A DNA stretch of 64,000 nucleotides, taken from the IMG/VR virus record IMGVR_UViG_3300027736_000027, positions 1 through 64,000 of that record. One strand, 5' to 3'. A model generated the notes under the pieces. It was not told where the DNA came from. It searched no databases and saw nothing but the letters and a program-made list of their open reading frames with translations. The number at the start of each line of letters is the position of its first letter. Position 1 is the first letter of the stretch. Source of the DNA: a virus. Of this stretch, positions 46,879 through 56,931 are shown piece after piece. The translations under genes and the position numbers were made by a program.

Positions 46879-48843
46879 ATGATAAATTCATTTATTGAAT
46901 TAGTTAATGAATCAAATACACCTACTGGTCTAGTTGATGAAATGGGGATTAAAAGGGTTGAACGATTAAGCGGCAGCGACATGGGTGCAATGAGACAGGC
47001 CTCTCTTGATTTACGTAATAGACAACCGGTTAAGCCTAAAATATTTGAAGAAGTTGCTGGTGAATTAATATTAAAATTAAGACAAATTAACAGGTCTGAT
47101 ATTATAGTTGAGCCTATTTCAAATACTCGAAACTATTATATTAAATTTCCAACTGATATCGTTGAGTTAATGAAGTCTCTTAAATCAATTAATGAGTCTA
47201 AATTTGTTGATCTATTTGGAAAATGGAGAGATGTATTTCCAACCTATTCAGATGCAATTAAATTTAAAATTGATGATGAAGACTCATTTCAAAGAAGCCA
47301 TTTTCCCGGTGGAGGAATTCCACCTTCATTACGAGGTATTGGTCTAGGCTATAAAATGTACAGACAAGTATTAAAAACACTTGGCTATATTTCATCAAAT
47401 CCATCTGGCTCAACTGAAAAGGATAAGGCTTGGGGTTCTCTACTTTCATTTAAAGGAACCAATGGTATTGCAAATGAAGATGATGCTCATGCAATAATTG
47501 GAGTAAGAAATTGGTTAGCAATGGACAAAGCCTTGCCAACCGCTAAAAAAATTAAAGTTGCTGACTCTTTTATAGCTTCACTAGGTGGAACCAGCAGTAC
47601 TTCACCAACTAAATTTGATATAGATGATGAGCTATTAGAAATTTTACCAAATACTGTATTAGTTAAATTAAACAGTGACTATATTCGATCGCTAGTTACA
47701 GATTCACGAATATCTAGAGAAAAGGCTGAGCAAATTGAGTCAAGTAGAGATGAAGCGGATCGCCTTGCTCAAGAACGCCAAGCTAGACAACAGCAAGTCG
47801 ATCGAGAGAGACAAGCTAGAGAAGAAGTGGAAGTTCGCGAAAGACTTGCTGACCGAATCAGACAATATGGTGCTGATCCAGATGCAGATTGGGATATTGG
47901 TGATTTTATTGTTGTGAAGACCTATCTATACGATGCAAACTATTCAGGGCTGCCAATTCGTAGAGTTGTTTCCAGAAATAATACAGAGTATCGAGCTGCC
48001 AAAATATCAGATGCAATCAGAATAGATAATGGAGAAATTACTCCAACTCAATCAAATGATTCCAGAACAACAACCACAAAATCTTCATGGGTTAAGGTTA
48101 ATATTAATCAAATACCTGACCTAACTAGAGTTAATTTATCAACTGCTGAAATTAGATACGTTGAGGCCCTATTAAATCCAGAACTGGTTGCAGCTAGACA
48201 GGCTGAAGTAGAAGCGGCAACTGCCCGTAGATTAGAGACCGAGCGTACTCAAAATGCTGAGCGTGCTCAAAGTTTAGCTACATTTGGAACATTTCCGCCA
48301 ACTGGTGCAGAACTTAAGCGCGACATGGCAAACCGGTCAGCGCTTAGAAATTTTGAACTAGTAAAGAAATTTAAGTCACAAGATTTTACTAGAAATTTAC
48401 AGTTTATTGTATTAGGCCCAGCACAAAGAGACATGTTTAGAAATAATTGGGGAATTCCAGTTTTTATTCCATGGAAAGGATCACAATATAACCCTAGACC
48501 AATTAGCAGCCTGGCTGAATTAACTGAGTCTAATGCTCAAAATATTACACTAACCAATCCAGTAAATGGAGTTACCATAAATTATCCGTATGTTGGACTG
48601 GGTTTAACTGGCTATCAATTAAGTGAAGTTACAATGGATGATAAATTATCTGCAAGATCTGGTCAACACTATTATATTGCAGGTCACCAAAATGCATTTG
48701 GAATTATTGCGAAAAGTGAGTATGGTGCACGAAATACATCTGATCAGAAATTTATTTATGTAAAAGCATATGGTTGGGGAGATCGTAGCGTGTCAGTTAG
48801 ACTTGATCTACTTAGAAAGATTGGCGAGCCTATTCAAATTTAA
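46879..48843 (+). CDS. Large leader-bearing protein with GNAT-like acetyltransferase domain and coiled coils
   Basis: MINSFIELVNE; IPPSLRGIGLGYKMY (acetyl-CoA motif A)...AWGSL. Confidence 0.7.
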   Translation: MINSFIELVNESNTPTGLVDEMGIKRVERLSGSDMGAMRQASLDLRNRQPVKPKIFEEVAGELILKLRQINRSDIIVEPISNTRNYYIKFPTDIVELMKSLKSINESKFVDLFGKWRDVFPTYSDAIKFKIDDEDSFQRSHFPGGGIPPSLRGIGLGYKMYRQVLKTLGYISSNPSGSTEKDKAWGSLLSFKGTNGIANEDDAHAIIGVRNWLAMDKALPTAKKIKVADSFIASLGGTSSTSPTKFDIDDELLEILPNTVLVKLNSDYIRSLVTDSRISREKAEQIESSRDEADRLAQERQARQQQVDRERQAREEVEVRERLADRIRQYGADPDADWDIGDFIVVKTYLYDANYSGLPIRRVVSRNNTEYRAAKISDAIRIDNGEITPTQSNDSRTTTTKSSWVKVNINQIPDLTRVNLSTAEIRYVEALLNPELVAARQAEVEAATARRLETERTQNAERAQSLATFGTFPPTGAELKRDMANRSALRNFELVKKFKSQDFTRNLQFIVLGPAQRDMFRNNWGIPVFIPWKGSQYNPRPISSLAELTESNAQNITLTNPVNGVTINYPYVGLGLTGYQLSEVTMDDKLSARSGQHYYIAGHQNAFGIIAKSEYGARNTSDQKFIYVKAYGWGDRSVSVRLDLLRKIGEPIQI

Positions 48844-48846
48844 CCT

Positions 48847-49593
48847 TTAGATAATTGGATGTAGTTTGTAAAATTTAGCAAGACGTTCCCTAAATTTAAA
48901 ATAATATTCCTTCATTTCACTAGGACTAATTGAAAAGTGCTGAGGCTTATCAGTAACCTCATTTGATATCCAAATTTTACAGGTGGTAGATTTAATATTA
49001 AGTCTATCCCAAATTGCAACTGAATAGGCTGCAACTTGATGTTTATAATCCTCTATCCATTTCTCGTCCTTTGGTTTTTTTGCAGTTTTAAAATCAACTA
49101 CTCCAATATCTCCAGTTATTAACTCGGATACATTATCGACTGTTCCAGCATAGCCGCCATCCCTAGAGGTCCATAGAAATTTTTCTTGAGCAATTACTTT
49201 GTGAATTTCATTAAATGAATTGGCCTTGATAAAATTGTAAAAGAGCATTCCGCCAACAATCTTAGCTCGGGTATCAAATTTTTCAATTTCGTCATCTAGT
49301 CTTGAAATTGATAGAGTCTCATCTAATCGGTCTTTTTGGCTTAGCGAACTTGGTAAATTTAGATAGAGTTCGCATAGTCTGTGCATCACAGTACCTCGAT
49401 TTGCTGCATCCTGGCCAATTTGGTCAGCTTTTGCATGGCCAATTCGGTCTCTCCATTGATTGAGCCCGGTTTTGTCAGAGGTTTCCCCCAATACTGTTGT
49501 AACACTAGGAAAGGTTCCAACTATTCCAGACTCATTAATTACTTGATAATATCTGAATCCGTTTATTACTACTCTTTTTATTTTGTCGGCCAT
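48847..49593 (-). CDS. PD-(D/E)XK exonuclease
   Basis: PSVTTVL...RGTVMH...YAGTVD...VDFKT...QVAAY. Confidence 0.88.
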   Translation of the reverse strand: MADKIKRVVINGFRYYQVINESGIVGTFPSVTTVLGETSDKTGLNQWRDRIGHAKADQIGQDAANRGTVMHRLCELYLNLPSSLSQKDRLDETLSISRLDDEIEKFDTRAKIVGGMLFYNFIKANSFNEIHKVIAQEKFLWTSRDGGYAGTVDNVSELITGDIGVVDFKTAKKPKDEKWIEDYKHQVAAYSVAIWDRLNIKSTTCKIWISNEVTDKPQHFSISPSEMKEYYFKFRERLAKFYKLHPII

Positions 49594-49650
49594 GTGTTGA
49601 TAAATAGATATAATTAATACTCTAATACAAAAAATATAGTTAAAGTTTAT

Positions 49651-50013
49651 ATGCTTAAGAAATTTGATGAATTTAATCAGGAATTAAATGAAGGATTTTG
49701 GGATTGGTTAACTGGAAAATCTGAAACAGGTGACGCTAAAAAACCTAAAAAGAGCAAGGACGATGGCCCCGGTATAACCGATTCAACTACTAACGACTAT
49801 TATAAAACACTACAAGACTTTGCTGATTCAGGAAAGTCAATCGCAGTTCAAAAATATGGCAGTATGGAATATTCTAAAATGGTTGAAGATATTCAAATTG
49901 CTCTGAAATTTTTAGGATATCCACTTCCCAAATATGGAGTAGATGGATACTTTGGTAAAGAGACATTTGACTCAATTGCTAAGTTTAACACTGATACTAT
50001 AAGTAAAAAATAA
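49651..50013 (+). CDS. Peptidoglycan-binding domain protein with leader
   Basis: MLKKFDEFNQELNE; VEDIQIALKFLGY...VDGYFGKET. Confidence 0.8.
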   Translation: MLKKFDEFNQELNEGFWDWLTGKSETGDAKKPKKSKDDGPGITDSTTNDYYKTLQDFADSGKSIAVQKYGSMEYSKMVEDIQIALKFLGYPLPKYGVDGYFGKETFDSIAKFNTDTISKK

Positions 50014-50022
50014 ATAAATTAA

Positions 50023-51273
50023 ATGATACGCAGTTTTAGCAAATTTATAAAAACACTTAATGAGTCAACCCTAATGTCACCATTGCCTGTCTTTAATGTA
50101 ACTCACCCATTTGGAGAACCCAGGACATCACGTCCGCATAATGGTGTTGATTTGGCGACATATAGAGATGGAAAAATTGCATCTGGAGTGCCAGTTACTT
50201 CACCAGCTGACGGAGAGGTAATTGTTGCTAATATAAATGGTAATAGTATGTGTGGCGGAACTATTAGAATTAAACATGCTAATAATATTGTAACCGGTTA
50301 TTGTCATATTAAACAAGTTGATGTAAAAACCGGGGACCAAGTTAAACAGGGCCAAGTTATTGGATTAAGCGGTGGTGGAGCTGGTGATATAGGAAAAGGC
50401 AATTCAACCGGACCGCATTTACATTTTACCGTTACTGTAAATAATGAGGTGGTTGATCCAGCTGAATATATTGATAAACTTAATTTGCCACAATCTACTG
50501 AAAAAGTTGATGATAACACTGTATTAATTAATGCTGATTTAATTAACAGATTAATTAAAAAGTTGAAGGAGAAGAATTTTAGCCAAAGCGATTTAAGCGC
50601 CTATTCTAAATCTAGCGATTCCAAATCTAGTGGTGGATCACAGTCTACTGGTAATATTAATATTAGTTCTGGAAACTTTGACACAAATCAAAAAGAAAAT
50701 ATTTCATTATTAATTAGTTCAATGACAGCTAAAGGAATAACTGATCCACTTACCCAAATAGGTATATTATCCGTAATTTCAAAAGAGTGTAATTTTAAAC
50801 CTAAAAGTGAAGTTGGATATGACACAACCTCAAACTCAAGAATTAAAGGAATATTTGGAAGTAGAGTTAGCAGCTTATCTGATTCAGAATTAGATGCTCT
50901 TAAGAGTAAGCCTGAAGATTTTTTTAATTTGGTTTATGCAAATATTATTGGTAATGGACCAGCGTCAAGTGGAGACGGTTGGACATATAGAGGTCGTGGA
51001 TTTAACCAGTTAACCGGTAGAGCTAATTATAAAAAATACGGAAATATAATAGGTAAAGACCTAGTTGGCAATCCGGATTTGGTAAACGATCCTAAAATAG
51101 CTGCAGATATTGCAATAGCATTTGCAACAAAAGGAAAACCTGCATCAAACTTTCCAACCTTTACTGATAAAACTGCCGCTGCTGAATTTTTTGCAGATAT
51201 TAACGCAGGCGGCGGAGTAAGTAGCCATCGAAGTCATGCAGTTGCTGCCACTAATAAGTTTAATATTGCATAA
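50023..51273 (+). CDS. M23 peptidase + GH19 lysozyme fusion with leader
   Basis: HNGVD, YCH, STGPHLHF (M23); GDGWTYRGRGFNQLTGRANY (GH19). Confidence 0.9.
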   Translation: MIRSFSKFIKTLNESTLMSPLPVFNVTHPFGEPRTSRPHNGVDLATYRDGKIASGVPVTSPADGEVIVANINGNSMCGGTIRIKHANNIVTGYCHIKQVDVKTGDQVKQGQVIGLSGGGAGDIGKGNSTGPHLHFTVTVNNEVVDPAEYIDKLNLPQSTEKVDDNTVLINADLINRLIKKLKEKNFSQSDLSAYSKSSDSKSSGGSQSTGNINISSGNFDTNQKENISLLISSMTAKGITDPLTQIGILSVISKECNFKPKSEVGYDTTSNSRIKGIFGSRVSSLSDSELDALKSKPEDFFNLVYANIIGNGPASSGDGWTYRGRGFNQLTGRANYKKYGNIIGKDLVGNPDLVNDPKIAADIAIAFATKGKPASNFPTFTDKTAAAEFFADINAGGGVSSHRSHAVAATNKFNIA

Positions 51274-51377
51274 TATTTAGTATTTCAGATACTATTCCAA
51301 TAACTACTACCGTAATCATTAATGTAATACCGATACAGTCAACTGCTTTATTTAGGAAAGTTTTCATATGTTTTTTA

Positions 51378-51737
51378 TTAAAGATTAATTTCTCTCCATG
51401 GAGTCTCTTGACCGAACCATTCCCGAATCTCTCCAGGTTTAGGCTGCGAACTTTCATAATTTGACCGCTCTTTATCTAAATATTTTTTTACATTAGCAGC
51501 TTTCATTGATTCAGAAATAGTGGTCCAAGTATTAGCCAGGTCAGCCAATACAGAATCTTCAAAATTATATAGTAGACCATCTCGGTCAATCAGCACCCAT
51601 TTTGCTGAATCTAATATAGCCCATCTGGTTGAAGTGGTTACCCCATATAAAAATAGCATACGCGACTCTTCAAGTTCACCGTGCTCTTTAACTAGTTGAG
51701 TGAACACTAAGTTCCCCAAGTCTATTAAGTCCTTCAT
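51378..51737 (-). CDS. Hypothetical protein
   Basis: Start re-called to MKDLID. Confidence 0.6.
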   Translation of the reverse strand: MKDLIDLGNLVFTQLVKEHGELEESRMLFLYGVTTSTRWAILDSAKWVLIDRDGLLYNFEDSVLADLANTWTTISESMKAANVKKYLDKERSNYESSQPKPGEIREWFGQETPWREINL

Positions 51738-52329
51738 TATGTTTCTGTATTGTTTGTTTAACCCATTCAAAATTTACTGGCGTATAATCCGTCAAGCAGG
51801 TACACACTGAATAGGCATTTTTTATTGGGTGCACAATTGTGTGTGAGTGACCGTATAAATGATATGCACCATGGTGCTTTCCATTAAATTCAAGAATTGG
51901 ATAGTGGAATAAGACAATTCTTCGATAACCAATTTGTTGGTCAGAATCAGGAAAGAAAATCTCATCATACTCTTTAAACTCTATAATCTTTGCGGCTTCA
52001 CTAAGTTCTCTAAACCACATGTCGGTTATATGAGTATCGTGATTACCCTTTAACCAAATAATATTTCCATTAAGCTGACTAAAAATCCATTTAAGATAAC
52101 TCAATTTAATTCGATACATTGAAGCATCACCTAGGAAAAAAACAGTATCGTCTTCCTGTACAACTGAATTCCAACGAGCAATTATTTCAGTATCATGCTC
52201 TTCAATTGACTTAAAGTTATGGAAACCTTCCTCAAATCTTAAAACATTACTATGATCAAAATGTGGATCACTTATAAACCAGGTCTTGGCTGGGTCGTAT
52301 ATTTTATTGGGCGGTATTTGTATGCTCAT
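51688..52329 (-). CDS. Calcineurin-like metallophosphoesterase
   Basis: SDPHFDH, GD, GNHD, HYP, GHSH. Confidence 0.9.
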   Translation of the reverse strand: MSIQIPPNKIYDPAKTWFISDPHFDHSNVLRFEEGFHNFKSIEEHDTEIIARWNSVVQEDDTVFFLGDASMYRIKLSYLKWIFSQLNGNIIWLKGNHDTHITDMWFRELSEAAKIIEFKEYDEIFFPDSDQQIGYRRIVLFHYPILEFNGKHHGAYHLYGHSHTIVHPIKNAYSVCTCLTDYTPVNFEWVKQTIQKHNEGLNRLGELSVHSTS

Positions 52330-53390
52330 GCTAGTTTTTTACTAACATACTCAAAAGCGGTTTCGGCATCACTCATAACCTTAGCTCGTTGTTGATGGGC
52401 TAGATCAGTTTCAGCCTTATTATATTTAGACGAAGACGTGTGCTTGTCTATTTTTATTTTGTAAATATTAACGACTTCCTGTAAGAATTCTTGAGAGTTC
52501 TTGTATTTAGATTTAGGCAGCTCAAATGTACCATTTTGCTCTAGCGTTCTGGCAAATCCCAAAATACCATTGCAAATCTGTTCAAGACTTAATGCAGTCA
52601 CATCAATACCAGGGTGCTGTTGCAAGTATTGATCAAGCTGAACTGCTCGCTTCTCTCCACGCGTAAATTCATCAGTGAATTCTGCAAGCTGGGCTAGGAA
52701 CCGGTTAAAATCTCTGGTGACAATTCTCTCTTCAACTCCCTTACGTAATAATGGATTAACCAGCTCTCCGCCTTTAATCTTGGCAACAACACCTCGATCA
52801 GTTACCGAAACATCAAGCGCATTACCAAATGCTTGATATAAGAAACCTACAACAAATCCTTTAATACCCCGAATTGGCGTATATCTGGCTTTTGCCCAAT
52901 CTGATGAGTAATTAAATGTTGAAATAATATCGACTTGTACAGGTCCATCCTTTAAATTTATGACTAACTTAAGGGTACCTTCAGAGATGGCACTGGTTTC
53001 TTCTTTATCTAGGTCAGGTCGAGTTGTCTTGGCTAACCACTGTAAAAAAAGACCATTATATTTTTTAAGAGTATCAATTTCAGCTTGACGGCCTTGAGGC
53101 TCATTGAGCGGATACATTACAATAATATCAACATCACCATATGCCTTTTCAGGATTCTCTTCAAGATCCTTTTTGAAATAGACGCCTGATCCGCCAGGAC
53201 CAACTACGGTTAATGAATCAAATCCATGAGCCTGTGCCCATTGATTAAAATCGTTAAAAATATTTTCAAGAACCCCAATTGCCTCCTGTAAAACAGCCGG
53301 CGTTATTTTGGTTCCCTGCGTTTTAGTTGTTGCCCAGCCACCCATTTCATTTATTTGTAAAAAGTCAGTAAATGATTTAATATTCTTCAA
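52326..53390 (-). CDS. Pol-beta-superfamily nucleotidyltransferase-like protein with leader
   Basis: MKNIKSFTDFLQINE (TTG start); GS...YGDVDII...VQVDII. Confidence 0.7.
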   Translation of the reverse strand: MKNIKSFTDFLQINEMGGWATTKTQGTKITPAVLQEAIGVLENIFNDFNQWAQAHGFDSLTVVGPGGSGVYFKKDLEENPEKAYGDVDIIVMYPLNEPQGRQAEIDTLKKYNGLFLQWLAKTTRPDLDKEETSAISEGTLKLVINLKDGPVQVDIISTFNYSSDWAKARYTPIRGIKGFVVGFLYQAFGNALDVSVTDRGVVAKIKGGELVNPLLRKGVEERIVTRDFNRFLAQLAEFTDEFTRGEKRAVQLDQYLQQHPGIDVTALSLEQICNGILGFARTLEQNGTFELPKSKYKNSQEFLQEVVNIYKIKIDKHTSSSKYNKAETDLAHQQRAKVMSDAETAFEYVSKKLA

Positions 53391-53414
53391 AACTCTTAAT
53401 ATTCTTTTTGTTAT

Positions 53415-54221
53415 TTATCGCTGAAGAGTTGGCACCCAATGTGTAGTACGGCCATCTAGAGTCTCTTCACGAATAACAGTATTTCCGTTGAGATCGGTCT
53501 TTTGTGCATAGACCTCAAACTCAAAAGTAAATCCTCCAGTTTCTCCATTTACTTGTCGATAATTTCTAATACTTGCTCCGCCTTGATCATATGAAGCCTG
53601 CATTATTAATTTACCCCAATTCCATAATTGACAAATCTCATCTTGTGTTAAATCTTGCACCAATCGATGTGGCGATATCAGGCAGCGATAAAGCATTTCA
53701 CATTTAATATAGTTACCTATACCAGCAAATAGAGACTGGTTCATTAGGGCTTCAGCAACCGTTTTTTTCTGAATTTTAGGAATCTCAACTTTTCTAATAA
53801 AATCATAAATGCTCGAAGTTTGATCGTTTAACATATCTAGTCCAAGACTTGACAGTTTTTTTGAAAGCTCTGACTTCAGTGTAAACTTTAAGGTGCCAAA
53901 TCGGCGCTGATCAACAAAGTACAGAGAAGTATCATCGTCAAAACCTATTCGGAAATGACTATGTGGTTTAAGGCCGGTTGACCAATAACCGCTCATGCCC
54001 AGTGTTATCCACAGGCAAGTCTCGTCACTAAATTCCAACCAGATAAATTTACCTTTAACTCCTCCACCGCTCACACGGACTGGCACTGATGTTTTAACCG
54101 TAAGATCTGGTGCCCTTTTTAAGAAACGGCCACCAAGTACCTCAAATTGAGAAATTGTTTTATTTTTAGCGAATTCTGAGATTCCCTCATAAACTCGTCT
54201 GCATTCCGGTCCCTCAGGCAT
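53415..54221 (-). CDS. Fpg/Nei family DNA glycosylase (zincless finger)
   Basis: Start re-called to MPEGPE; KGKFIW, LGMSG, DQRRFG, H2TH GIGNYIKCE, GRTTHWVP. Confidence 0.93.
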   Translation of the reverse strand: MPEGPECRRVYEGISEFAKNKTISQFEVLGGRFLKRAPDLTVKTSVPVRVSGGGVKGKFIWLEFSDETCLWITLGMSGYWSTGLKPHSHFRIGFDDDTSLYFVDQRRFGTLKFTLKSELSKKLSSLGLDMLNDQTSSIYDFIRKVEIPKIQKKTVAEALMNQSLFAGIGNYIKCEMLYRCLISPHRLVQDLTQDEICQLWNWGKLIMQASYDQGGASIRNYRQVNGETGGFTFEFEVYAQKTDLNGNTVIREETLDGRTTHWVPTLQR

Positions 54222-54257
54222 TATATAAATAACTTTATAAAAATATACCAAAAACAA

Positions 54258-54725
54258 ATGAAAAAATACGTTGAAATTTTTGAAAAGTTTGAAAAAGCTT
54301 TTGACAATATGCCAATTAAGAAAAAGAAGGTTGATCAAGATGCAGATGGTGATACTGATTTTATTGATGCAAAAGTTGCTCAATATCAAAAGGGCGGTAT
54401 GACAAAAGGGCAAGCAATCGCAAAGGCAAAACAGTTTGCAAAAAAGAATAACATCAAGGACTCTAATAAGTCAGTAAAAGAGGGCCTTTTTAATAGATTT
54501 ATGAAACCTTCTATTGATCAAGCCTCTGATGATTCAGTAAAGGGTCAAGGACACAGCCACCGAGGTAATGATGATTTTGCTACACCCGCTGGAGAATATA
54601 TTATGTTCAACGGTCAAAAATTTAGCCAAGACGAAATTGATTATGCTGATTATAACGATCTTGGCAAAATTCCTAGAGTTGAAGATGGCATGTTAATTAT
54701 TGCCAATCCAAATTGGAATAATTAA
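54258..54725 (+). CDS. Leader-bearing protein with DxDxDG Ca-binding-like loop
   Basis: MKKYVEIFEKFE; DQDADGDTDFID. Confidence 0.7.
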   Translation: MKKYVEIFEKFEKAFDNMPIKKKKVDQDADGDTDFIDAKVAQYQKGGMTKGQAIAKAKQFAKKNNIKDSNKSVKEGLFNRFMKPSIDQASDDSVKGQGHSHRGNDDFATPAGEYIMFNGQKFSQDEIDYADYNDLGKIPRVEDGMLIIANPNWNN

Positions 54726-54778
54726 TTTAAAACTGGTTAGCCGTTTCAAGTAAAACATATCAAATCAAAACTTAAAAT

Positions 54779-54976
54779 ATGTATTATTTAGCAAAACTAC
54801 GCTTTGAGTCAGAAGATGACAATGGCAAAACAAAAAAAATTAGAGAACAATATTTGGTACAGGCCTCATCAGTTGGGGAAGCTGAACAAAAATTAATGGA
54901 TCGATTTGGTCAAGGAATTTCGCCTTGCCAATTAGAGGCAGTTCAGGAGTCTAAAATATTAGGACTAATTGAGTAA
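54779..54976 (+). CDS. DUF4494-like protein
   Basis: DNGKTKKIREQYLVQASSVGEAE. Confidence 0.75.
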   Translation: MYYLAKLRFESEDDNGKTKKIREQYLVQASSVGEAEQKLMDRFGQGISPCQLEAVQESKILGLIE

Positions 54977-54978
54977 TT

Positions 54979-55004
54979 AAAAAAAGGGACGTAAGTCCCT
55001 TTTT
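54979..55004. terminator. Bidirectional terminator
   Basis: A7-GGGAC-GTAA-GTCCC-T5 between convergent genes. Confidence 0.85.
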
Positions 55005-55017
55005 AAGTTTTTAAAGA

Positions 55018-55290
55018 TTACCATAATGGAGTTTCTCCGATTTGATCAAGTGCACAGTGAAAGCCTTGAAGCCGAGTTTTTGCTTCTAAAAAACAGCCAC
55101 ACAGTTTACATCTGGTAAATGTTGAGTCAAAGTGATCACACGTTTTACAAATAGAAAGCCTATGATTTTTAGTAGATTCTGAAACAAATACCTTATTTAT
55201 TATTTTAGAAAGAATTGTTGGCTGTGGAGTCTTTATTGCTGAAGAGCCACCGCATCCGCAGTCTTCAGTCGTTGTGTTAGTTGTATCCAT
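55018..55290 (-). CDS. Small Cys-rich protein (DUF6171-like)
   Basis: RLSICKTCDHF...CKLCGCFLEAKTRL...C. Confidence 0.7.
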   Translation of the reverse strand: MDTTNTTTEDCGCGGSSAIKTPQPTILSKIINKVFVSESTKNHRLSICKTCDHFDSTFTRCKLCGCFLEAKTRLQGFHCALDQIGETPLW

Positions 55291-56265
55291 TTAGGATTGA
55301 TTTTTTTCTAATATACTTTTATCATCAAATGGTAAATAGGTTTCACGTAGATTTGCAAAGTACATTCGATATTTAATTAGGGCAAGGTCTTTCATTTTAC
55401 ACTCAAGCTCGATATCAAACGTACGGTTATAGGTATTTATTTGTTCATAAATATAGTCCGCATGAGACCGCGCAATTACTGATGCATCTTCGTAGGTTTT
55501 TTTGCAACTTGAATAATGAGTTAATTGAGTAGCATTACCCCAAGTGGTTGAGGCTAGAATTAAAGCCTCTTCTTCAGTAAGCCCGCTGGTATTAAATCGG
55601 TGATGGTGAAAGTCAAAGGTAATTGGTGTTGATATTTTTTTATAAATTAAATTATATAGGTCAACTACTGAATATTGAGTTTCTTTATCATCATTTTCAA
55701 CAACAAGCCGCTTTTTTGTATTGGCTGATAACTTTTCAAAGTTAATACAGAATCGCTCAGCTGCTGCCTCTTTATCACCATACGTGCCGCCAACATGGAT
55801 ATTAATTGGAAACTCATGAGTTAACGGCAAGCCCATCAGATCCATAATTTCACAGTGCTGATCCAGATCCTTTAGCGTTTTTCTAACAACTGACTCGTTT
55901 GGAGATGGTAATACATCAAATTGACCAGGGTGCATTGATATGCGTATACCATTTGCGGTAACAAACTCGCCAATCTTTTGTAAATCCTTTAAAATTTCAG
56001 AAAAATTAGGAAGCTTTTGAATTTCATATTCTGACATCCATGGAAAAATATCGCTTGATATTCGATATACATAGATTTCATGTGTTAGATTCCAGCTTAG
56101 AATTGCAAGAACATCTTTTATATTTTGGTGTGCTAATAAACTACAGTAGTCTTGACCTTTTGCCTGAAAGGTCCTCTTAATCATTCCACGATTTGCTGTA
56201 ATTTTTCTACTGGCTAATGATAAATTAATACAACAATAGCCCAAACGTACATTATTATCTTTCAT
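55291..56265 (-). CDS. uvsE: UV DNA damage endonuclease
   Basis: RLGYCC, YRISSDIFP, SMHPGQF, NIHVGG, VENDD, FDFHHH, HADY, ECKMKD. Confidence 0.95.
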   Translation of the reverse strand: MKDNNVRLGYCCINLSLASRKITANRGMIKRTFQAKGQDYCSLLAHQNIKDVLAILSWNLTHEIYVYRISSDIFPWMSEYEIQKLPNFSEILKDLQKIGEFVTANGIRISMHPGQFDVLPSPNESVVRKTLKDLDQHCEIMDLMGLPLTHEFPINIHVGGTYGDKEAAAERFCINFEKLSANTKKRLVVENDDKETQYSVVDLYNLIYKKISTPITFDFHHHRFNTSGLTEEEALILASTTWGNATQLTHYSSCKKTYEDASVIARSHADYIYEQINTYNRTFDIELECKMKDLALIKYRMYFANLRETYLPFDDKSILEKNQS

Positions 56266-56289
56266 AATATTATTATACTACAAAATATA

Positions 56290-56922
56290 TTAAATTTGAC
56301 CAGTTGATTGGTAATCGGTAGTTGCAGTTCTGATAACTCTAACCACATCTAGTGCATCTTGCAGAGCCTCATGGGCTACTTTACGTGTTAATTTACATCG
56401 ATCCATACAGGTCTGTAAATTAGGTAAACTTTTATCAACCTGCCAATCCATTAATAAGATTGCTGGATCTATAATTCGCTGCCGGATTTGAATTTTATTT
56501 GACCAACCTGATAATTTTTCTAAAAATAATTTATCAAAAGTGGCAAAGTTTTTGCCAGCAACGGTTATACTAATTTGACTGGCGGTTTCATTGACTGGGC
56601 CTAACCCATTTGAGTTTAGCCACATTGAAAAAGACTGGACAACCAGTGATTCAGGTAAAATATTATACTCACTTCTAATTGCAAGACGATCCTCTTTATT
56701 TGAAGTTTGTAATTTTGCTAGAATTGATAAAATAGGTTGATTCATATCTAGAGCAAATGCCTGCCCAGTATATTTAGCGTGCTCAACAATACACTTAAAT
56801 TTAGGCAGTTGATCAAACGGTACCACATTTAAGGTATCTTCAATAACTGCACCAATTTGAAGAATTTGACAATATTCTGGATCTAATCCAGTGGTCTCAA
56901 TATCAATACTAACAAACCGCAT
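56290..56922 (-). CDS. DEDDh 3'-5' exonuclease
   Basis: SIDIETTGLD, GKNFATFD, HEALQDA. Confidence 0.9.
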   Translation of the reverse strand: MRFVSIDIETTGLDPEYCQILQIGAVIEDTLNVVPFDQLPKFKCIVEHAKYTGQAFALDMNQPILSILAKLQTSNKEDRLAIRSEYNILPESLVVQSFSMWLNSNGLGPVNETASQISITVAGKNFATFDKLFLEKLSGWSNKIQIRQRIIDPAILLMDWQVDKSLPNLQTCMDRCKLTRKVAHEALQDALDVVRVIRTATTDYQSTGQI

Positions 56923-56931
56923 GGTTATATT

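Noticed and set aside
54222-54413. Long N-terminal extension of Fpg/Nei
   Set aside because: Family requires N-terminal Pro (MPEGPE at 54221); the extension overlaps a divergent gene
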